Program-made: the position numbers and the translations under genes
Assembly (NCBI GenBank): GCA_001786765.1
Contig: MFTH01000016.1
Location: 21,666 to 85,665 of the forward strand
Direction of reading: 5' to 3'
DNA: 64,000 nt
Origin: Candidatus Nomurabacteria bacterium RIFCSPHIGHO2_01_FULL_37_25
GTDB lineage: Bacteria; Patescibacteriota; Minisyncoccia; Phycocordibacterales; UBA9973
The notes under the pieces: model-generated
Told to the model about the DNA's origin: nothing
Seen by the model: the letters and a program-made list of their open reading frames with translations, nothing else
Database searches by the model: none
Part shown: in pieces, positions 57,549 to 64,000 of the stretch
Position numbering within the stretch: the stretch's first letter is position 1
Layout: every line of letters begins with the position of its first letter

Positions 57549-57890
57549 ATGAATGAAAATAAAATAAATGATTTTATAAATTCTTTTTCTAACGAGATTC
57601 TTCAAGAGTCCGGAGTTAGCACGGAAGGAACCGAAACGTCCAAGCGCTTATTGGAAGAAGTAGAAAACAGGGTAGTAGCACGACTTTTTCTTGAAATGGT
57701 GGCGTTACTTACTCCTGAACAGGCGAGTCGCGTTACAAAGGACATTAGTGAAGATGATACAGATCCCGCAAAGCTTATGGAGAGTATGGGGCATGAGATT
57801 CCTGAATTTCATATTCGTATGGCGAAAGCTCTGCAGTCATTGAGAGGAGAACTTATAGAGGATTTTAAAAAACTTACAGAACAAAAGTAG
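57549..57890 (+). CDS. Small acidic helical hypothetical protein
   Basis: 113-aa ORF in an operon-like position after the 408-aa gene. Confidence 0.7.
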   Translation: MNENKINDFINSFSNEILQESGVSTEGTETSKRLLEEVENRVVARLFLEMVALLTPEQASRVTKDISEDDTDPAKLMESMGHEIPEFHIRMAKALQSLRGELIEDFKKLTEQK

Positions 57891-58113
57891 TAAATAATTA
57901 AATCTATAAATGATTCCAAGCTATTGGGATGTTACGGAAGAATTGACAAATTCTTATAATATGTTATAGTGTGTGAAATGTGAAAGTTCTTTGATATTCC
58001 GTGACAACAAAGAGGACATTAAAAAAATAATAAAAAAGTGTCTTCTTTGTTGCCACGGAAAATACGATTGCAACTGTTTTCTCAATCCTGAGAAACAAAA
58101 AGAAGGAGGAGTT

Positions 58114-58899
58114 ATGAAGTCTTGGTCTAAAATAATGACGTGGTTCCTTATTTCCTTTATACCGCTTTATACGATCTGGTACTGCTATGAGTTTTCTGAG
58201 GACGATTTTTCTAAAGGAAAAAATCGCGTTGGTCTTTTTGAATACACAATAGCGGGGGGAAATGAAGGGGGAGGAGAGTCCATCGTTTTACAAAAAACGA
58301 TGTGGCCTGCTGAAACAGTGATAATGGACCTTTTTGGAGTCTGGGAGGTCAGAACTTGGCAGGGCAACGAACAGGTTCAACTGGCACCTCATCTGCGTGA
58401 TCAGATGGTGGATTTGTTGGTTGAAGCGTCGCGTAAAGATCATATACGTTTTCCTTTTCAGAATAGGTGCGTGTATGTTCTAACAGAGAGAGGACTTCAG
58501 AGGATTGGGAAAGAAGAGACCTGCTATATAAACAATATAGCAGTGGGGATGGAGTTATACATTCCCGGAAGGAAGTACGAGGTTCACGTTTTCCTTTCGA
58601 AAGAAGGGAGGGTGATCAAAACTCTTGCGCAATATAACGAGGCGGAAGAACGAGGTACTATAGCCGCTCTCAACATATTGCATGCAGAGAATCGTCTTAT
58701 CCCCCTTCTTGACCAGGCCCACCTTTCTGATCTTATCTTAAACATTGAGTGGGGAGAGAGGTTGGGAGTGGATGTGGGGGGAAGAGTTTCGTCAACTCTT
58801 CAAACATGTGATAGTTGCGACTTGGTCCTTATGAGGATAAGGGCCAAGACCCCGGTTGACTTAGCTGACAATTTATGGGGGAGACTAACAAGCAAGTGA
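58114..58899 (+). CDS. Hypothetical membrane-anchored protein in a self-contained cassette
   Basis: SD GAAGGAGG before ATG 58114; N-terminal TM; promoter TTGACA-16-TATAGT at 57943-57970. Confidence 0.72.
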   Translation: MKSWSKIMTWFLISFIPLYTIWYCYEFSEDDFSKGKNRVGLFEYTIAGGNEGGGESIVLQKTMWPAETVIMDLFGVWEVRTWQGNEQVQLAPHLRDQMVDLLVEASRKDHIRFPFQNRCVYVLTERGLQRIGKEETCYINNIAVGMELYIPGRKYEVHVFLSKEGRVIKTLAQYNEAEERGTIAALNILHAENRLIPLLDQAHLSDLILNIEWGERLGVDVGGRVSSTLQTCDSCDLVLMRIRAKTPVDLADNLWGRLTSK

Positions 58900-59102
58900 G
58901 AAGAACGTCCCGCCATCGGCAATGCCATGTCGGGACGTCCCTATTTATGAACTATTCAACAGAAATGTGGAATGTTGCACCAAGAGATTGAATCAAGAAT
59001 GGGAATAAATTTACACTTTCAAAGATTTATGTTATTATAAAATTAATTTTCAAAAGCCCTAGGGCTTTTTTGTTTAATTAGTAAAAAGAAAAATTTTTAA
59101 AA

Positions 59103-60935
59103 ATGGAAATTAGAAATATAGCGATAATAGCTCACGTGGACCATGGCAAGACTACCTTGACTGATGCTCTAATGAAGCAAAATGGCGGATTTCAGGACGA
59201 GGGAATATCCATGGATTCTAACGCTCTAGAGAAAGAGCGCGGTATTACTATTTACTCAAAAAACACATCTATTTATTATAAGGGTACTAAAATAAATATT
59301 GTAGATACTCCCGGCCACGCAGATTTTGGTTCGGAGGTAGAACGTGTTCTGCGCGCTGTCGATTCAGTTTTACTATTAGTAGATAGTGTTGAGGGACCAA
59401 TGCCTCAAACTAGATTTGTCTTAAAAAAATCTTTAGAGTTAGGGCTCAAGCCGATAGTGGTTATAAATAAAATAGATAAAAAAGCTTCCGAGCCAGAGAG
59501 AGTGCATAATGAAATTTTGGAATTATTTTTTGAATTGGGCGCAAGTGAGGAGCAAGCAAATTTTGAGACAATTTATGCTATTGGTCGTGAAGGCAAGGCA
59601 TTTAGGAATTTAGGAGAGAAATCCACTGATCTTTCTCCTCTTTTAGATATAATTTTAGAAAAAGTATCACCAGCCATAACTAAAGAAGATGAAAAAATGT
59701 CTGCCCAAGTTTTTAATTTAGGATATGATAATTTCTTAGGTAGGCTCGCAGTAGCGCGAATTTATTCTGGAACAATTTTTACGGGAAACGCTATTTTTAT
59801 CAAAGGAGAAAATGCAACACGCAAAGGCAAGATAACAAAGCTCTTTTCTTTTGAAGGCATAACTAGAAAAGAAGTTGCTTCTGCCACCTCTGGCGATATT
59901 GTTCTTTTGGCTGGCATCCCGGATATCTATATAGGTGAGACATTGTGTGATGATGAAAATATGAAACCACTGCCTCATATTGCTATTGATGAACCAACAC
60001 TCTCTTTAAATTTTTTGGTAAATAATTCTCCATTTGCGGGTCGCGAAGGGAAATTCGTCACTTCAAGACAGATCAAAGAGAGATTAGAAAAAGAACTTGA
60101 AATAAATGTCGGATTGAAAGTTGATTTTTCTCCATCTATGCCGGCAGATTCAAATCAAAATAATCAGCAAAAGTCAGGACCAAATTTCTTCAAAGTCTAT
60201 GGACGAGGAGAGCTCCATATAGCAATCCTCTTAGAATATATGCGCCGAGAAGGATTTGAAATGCAAGTTTCTCAACCGGAAGTTATTATAAAAAATAATA
60301 ATGGAGTTAAAACGGAACCTTATGAAGAATTAGTTATTGATGTTCCGATGGAGTCAAGTGGCAATGTGATAGAAAAAATCAGCAAGCGACGTGGCATTAT
60401 GAAAGATATGGCAGAAAAAGAAAATATAGCCAGAATTATTTTTGATATACCGACACGCGGACTTTTAGGCTATCGTGGAGAATTTATTATAGATACTAAA
60501 GGAGAAGGAATAATGAGTTCGAGGGTTACAGGATTTAAAGAATATGCGGGAGAAATAAAAAAACACAAATTTGGTTCTATGATTTCTATGGTTTTTGGCA
60601 AAGCTGTGGCTTTCTCTCTTGCAAATTTACAGGAACGCGGTATTCTTTATGTAGAACACGGAACAGAGGTTTATGAAGGTATGGTCATCGGGAATGTTTT
60701 GAAAGGAGAAGATATGTCAGTCAATCCGACAAAAGGAAAACAACTTACAAATATGCGGGCTTCTGGCACAGATGAAGCGGTAGTGTTGAATCCTGTTTTT
60801 ACTTTAAGCATAGAACGAGGATTAGAAATTATGAATGAAGATGAATATCTAGAAATAACCCCAAAATCTGTGCGACTTCGCAAAAAATATTTAACCGAGT
60901 TGGATAGAGCCAAGACTAACAGGATTGCTTTATAA
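59103..60935 (+). CDS. typA: Translational GTPase TypA/BipA
   Basis: [23 protein letters not shown] and QLTNMRASG motifs. Confidence 0.97.
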   Translation: MEIRNIAIIAHVDHGKTTLTDALMKQNGGFQDEGISMDSNALEKERGITIYSKNTSIYYKGTKINIVDTPGHADFGSEVERVLRAVDSVLLLVDSVEGPMPQTRFVLKKSLELGLKPIVVINKIDKKASEPERVHNEILELFFELGASEEQANFETIYAIGREGKAFRNLGEKSTDLSPLLDIILEKVSPAITKEDEKMSAQVFNLGYDNFLGRLAVARIYSGTIFTGNAIFIKGENATRKGKITKLFSFEGITRKEVASATSGDIVLLAGIPDIYIGETLCDDENMKPLPHIAIDEPTLSLNFLVNNSPFAGREGKFVTSRQIKERLEKELEINVGLKVDFSPSMPADSNQNNQQKSGPNFFKVYGRGELHIAILLEYMRREGFEMQVSQPEVIIKNNNGVKTEPYEELVIDVPMESSGNVIEKISKRRGIMKDMAEKENIARIIFDIPTRGLLGYRGEFIIDTKGEGIMSSRVTGFKEYAGEIKKHKFGSMISMVFGKAVAFSLANLQERGILYVEHGTEVYEGMVIGNVLKGEDMSVNPTKGKQLTNMRASGTDEAVVLNPVFTLSIERGLEIMNEDEYLEITPKSVRLRKKYLTELDRAKTNRIAL

Positions 60936-60969
60936 CTTTTAAAAATTAACAATTTTCAATTAAGTCATT

Positions 60970-61998
60970 ATGTCAATAATATCTTTTAAGCCTAAAAAAG
61001 TTACTAAAAAAATAACCTCACGGTTAACTCCTCGGGCATTTGATGTTATTATGAATCGCTTTGGTTTAACTTCTGATGGAGAGAAGAAAACTCTTGAAGA
61101 GATTGGCAAAAAATACAAAATTACAAGAGAACGTGTGCGTCAACTTGAGGACGCGGCCTTAAGTTTTGTTAAAAAGTCTGATGTTTATAAAGGAGAACAA
61201 GCTGTTTTTGATGAACTTAAGGCTTTGATGTATAAGTTAGGGTCAATTGTTGCCGAACATGAGTTATTGCCTTATATTTCAAAAGACAAGGAAACTCAAA
61301 ACCATATTAATTTTTTTTTAGTATTGTCTGATATCTTCAAAAAACACCGTAAAGACGACCATTTTCATACTCGTTGGAGCATAGACAATGAAATGACTGA
61401 AAAAGTGCACGAAGCTCTGCGAAAACTTTATGCAAGTTTGAATGACGAAGACCTTATGTCTGAAACAGAAATGATCAAGAAATTCTTTGATCACCTGGGA
61501 GGGTTGTCGGAACAATATAGAGATGAAGAAATTGCTCGAAGGTGGCTTTCAATATCTAAAGTTGTAGTCAAAAATCCTCTTGGCGAATGGGGTAAAGCAT
61601 CTTCTCCGAACATTCGTATTCGGGGGGTAAGAGATTATGCTTTTTTAGTTATGAAAAGGCACGGGACACCTTTGCATTTTAAAGAAGTTGCGGATTCTAT
61701 TTTTAGAGTTTTTAATAAGAAGATTCATTATGCCACATGTCACAACGAACTTATCAAAGATTCAAGATTTGTTTTAGTCGGTAGGGGAATGTACGCTCTC
61801 TCTGAATGGGGTTATAAAAAAGGCATTGCTCGTGAAGTTATTGCGAACATTTTAAAGCGAGAGGGACCATTAAATAAAGAAGAAATAATTAAAAGAGTAA
61901 ATAAAGAAAGATATTTCAAGAAAAATACTATTTTAGTGAATCTTGTAAATCAAAAATACTTTAAGAGGAATAAGGATGGACTTTACACTATAGTTTAG
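60970..61998 (+). CDS. Sigma-70 region 4 HTH fused to RNAP-delta/HARE-type HTH domains
   Basis: TLEEIG...ITRERVRQLE; PLHF.E...HNELI.D.RFVLVGRGMYAL.EWGY. Confidence 0.8.
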   Translation: MSIISFKPKKVTKKITSRLTPRAFDVIMNRFGLTSDGEKKTLEEIGKKYKITRERVRQLEDAALSFVKKSDVYKGEQAVFDELKALMYKLGSIVAEHELLPYISKDKETQNHINFFLVLSDIFKKHRKDDHFHTRWSIDNEMTEKVHEALRKLYASLNDEDLMSETEMIKKFFDHLGGLSEQYRDEEIARRWLSISKVVVKNPLGEWGKASSPNIRIRGVRDYAFLVMKRHGTPLHFKEVADSIFRVFNKKIHYATCHNELIKDSRFVLVGRGMYALSEWGYKKGIAREVIANILKREGPLNKEEIIKRVNKERYFKKNTILVNLVNQKYFKRNKDGLYTIV

Positions 61999-62053
61999 AT
62001 ATCTGAAGCCTTTTTTGCTTTATTTTTTTTATTTTTTGTATTAAAATACAGGT

Positions 62054-63448
62054 ATGAGTGATTTCTTTGAAGCTGTGGAGAATATGCTAATAGAACATTG
62101 GCTAAAGATTGTGGTTTTAATCCTCATTTATTTTGCGTGGAAGCTTAATTTAGAAAAAGAAATATTAGCCTTTCTGGGAGTAGTATTGTTGGGTAAGTTG
62201 GCTTGGATTTGGTGGCTTCATTACATACAACAGGATTTTATTTCCGGTATTGATTTCGTTTTGCTTGAAATTATTCCTCCGCGTGAAGTTTTACGAAGCC
62301 CTAAAGCAATGGAGTTCTTTATTACCAACGCTCTTTTTCATCATAGTTTTAAAGGCGGGAAAGAAGAATTTTGGCAGGGAGCGGTTTGGTTTTGGTTTTC
62401 ACTAGAGATTGCTTCTATTGATGGACAAGTGCATTTTTATATTCGCACGCCGACTCGTATTCGTGGTTTGATTGAAACACAAATGTATGCGCAATATCCC
62501 CAATCACAAATCAAAGAAGTGGAGGATTATACTTTAGGAGTTCCAGAAATAACTCCGGAAGGTGAATGGAATGGTTGGGGATGTGAATTTGCATTATTAA
62601 AACCAGATGCATTCCCAATTAAAACTTATGTTGATTTTGGATTAGATGAAGACCCAAAAGAAGAATATAAAATTGACCCTATCTCTCCTTTGATAGAACT
62701 TTTTGGGGCATTGGAAAAAGGGGAGCAAGCTTGGATGCAGATTGTCGTTACGCCTGCCGACAAGACTAAAATATGGCGAACTAAAGGCACTTGGTTTGGA
62801 AAACACGGATGGGTTGAAGAATCTGTATTGAGAATATTAAAAATACAAGCTCCTTATGCTGCCCGCAGGGATGTGAAAGAAGATGGTTCAGGAGGCAGAA
62901 TAGAAATTCGTACGCCAGATCATTTAAAAAATGCAGTAAAAAAAATTAATGAAAAAACTAATAAGCTTGGTTTTGAAACTGGTATAAGAGTAATGTATGT
63001 CGCAAAAAAAGATATATATCCAGTTGGCACTAGAACCAATACCTCTAGAAATATTCGTTTAATATTTCGGCAATATACAAATCCAGATTTAAATGGTTTG
63101 AATCGTATAAATTCAACTCAAGCAGATATTTATGGCAGTATATTTATGGCTTCTAAAAAGACAGTGATGATCTTAGCCAATAGAATGCTTCATGAATATA
63201 GAGAACGAGCCTTTTTTCATCTTCCTTTGAGGCATCATATTTTTGCTAAACCTTATTGGAATTGGCCTATTCCAAACATTCTTACACTAGATGGCGTAAT
63301 TGTGGCATACGCTCATCCTCATACTTTTGTTTTAAATACAGAAGAATTAGCGTCACTGTGGCATTTTCCAGGTCAAATATTGAAAGTCCCTACTTTGGAA
63401 CGTATTGAATCTAAAGAAGCTTCTCCACCAACAAATTTGCCTATATAA
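62054..63448 (+). CDS. Conserved hypothetical membrane protein
   Basis: Two N-terminal TMs; LLEIIPP, FSLEIAS, YAQYP and LNTEELASLWHFP motifs of a type often seen next to VirD4/HerA-like ATPases in CPR. Confidence 0.8.
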   Translation: MSDFFEAVENMLIEHWLKIVVLILIYFAWKLNLEKEILAFLGVVLLGKLAWIWWLHYIQQDFISGIDFVLLEIIPPREVLRSPKAMEFFITNALFHHSFKGGKEEFWQGAVWFWFSLEIASIDGQVHFYIRTPTRIRGLIETQMYAQYPQSQIKEVEDYTLGVPEITPEGEWNGWGCEFALLKPDAFPIKTYVDFGLDEDPKEEYKIDPISPLIELFGALEKGEQAWMQIVVTPADKTKIWRTKGTWFGKHGWVEESVLRILKIQAPYAARRDVKEDGSGGRIEIRTPDHLKNAVKKINEKTNKLGFETGIRVMYVAKKDIYPVGTRTNTSRNIRLIFRQYTNPDLNGLNRINSTQADIYGSIFMASKKTVMILANRMLHEYRERAFFHLPLRHHIFAKPYWNWPIPNILTLDGVIVAYAHPHTFVLNTEELASLWHFPGQILKVPTLERIESKEASPPTNLPI

Positions 63449-63459
63449 TATTATATATA

Positions 63460-64000
63460 ATGGATGACCCATTTTTACCTAAAGAACCGATTAATTTTAA
63501 GAAAAATTTACAGAAATTTATTTTTTTGTCGTCTAAAAATAGTTATTATTTTTTGAGTTTGGTTTTATTTTTTTTATTATTTTTTTACTTTTTTTTTAGC
63601 GCGCCGGCAAATTTTGTATCCGGCGCGAAAGTTAGAATAGAACAAAAATCAACTTTAAGAGATGTGTCATTTGAGTTAAAAAAAGAAAAAATAATTCGTT
63701 CCAGAATTGTTTTTGAATTTTTTGTCATACTTTTTGGCGGTGAGAAAAATATAAAATATTCTTATTATTTATTTGAAAAAAAAATACCTGTTTACGAAGT
63801 TGCGAGGCGTATCGCGAATGGCGAAAACAATATGCCAATCGTTATGGTGACTATACCCGAGGGTTTTAATTTGGTTAAAATCGCCGACGTTTTTTCTGAA
63901 AAATTAACAGAGTTTGATAAGGATAAATTTCTAATAAATACAAAAGGCAGAGAAGGCTTTCTTTTTCCAGATACTTATGTTTTCTCAAACATAGATAATG
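63460..64000 (+). CDS. mltG: Endolytic transglycosylase MltG (5' part; runs off the right edge)
   Basis: Hand translation: N-terminal TM, then VTIPEGF and EGFLFPDTY. Confidence 0.9.
   Translation, partial: MDDPFLPKEPINFKKNLQKFIFLSSKNSYYFLSLVLFFLLFFYFFFSAPANFVSGAKVRIEQKSTLRDVSFELKKEKIIRSRIVFEFFVILFGGEKNIKYSYYLFEKKIPVYEVARRIANGENNMPIVMVTIPEGFNLVKIADVFSEKLTEFDKDKFLINTKGREGFLFPDTYVFSNIDN

Noticed and set aside
1-64000. Alternative genetic code (TGA=Gly, as in Gracilibacteria/SR1)
   Set aside because: Long genes are open in code 11, and TGA terminates yqeY, the PemK-like gene and the GT2 gene at expected ends.

Overview
AT-rich bacterial chromosomal window in standard code 11 (TGA is used as a stop). 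Gene content, compact rpoB/rpoC, a Lys-rich RpoD N-terminus and mostly SD-less genes suggest a CPR/Patescibacteria organism, probably Parcubacteria (inference). It is mostly housekeeping: valS, tsaD, ftsZ/ftsA, lysS, mraZ-rsmH-ftsL-ftsI-murF, obgE, gatB, rpoB/rpoC, dnaG/rpoD, tsf/rpsB, proS, mreBC, typA and mltG, plus five tRNAs and an enlarged RNase P RNA. Five unusual signals stand out. (1) An orphan MazF/PemK-type toxin gene between rpoB and rpoC has a convergent, promoter-driven ~80-nt structured RNA over its 3' end, a candidate RNA antitoxin. (2) A stand-alone wHTH+Cas2-fold (PaaX-like) gene is bracketed by two 36-bp palindromic direct repeats whose core recurs inside tsaD and gatB. (3) Three tandem promoter-plus-structured-RNA units lie between lysS and mraZ. 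(4) At least eight families of small palindromic or multi-stem repeats occur, many inserted in frame in essential proteins or inside RNase P RNA. (5) The DsbA gene is circularly permuted. All calls were made by eye, without database searches or folding software; coordinates of non-coding elements may be off by a few bases.
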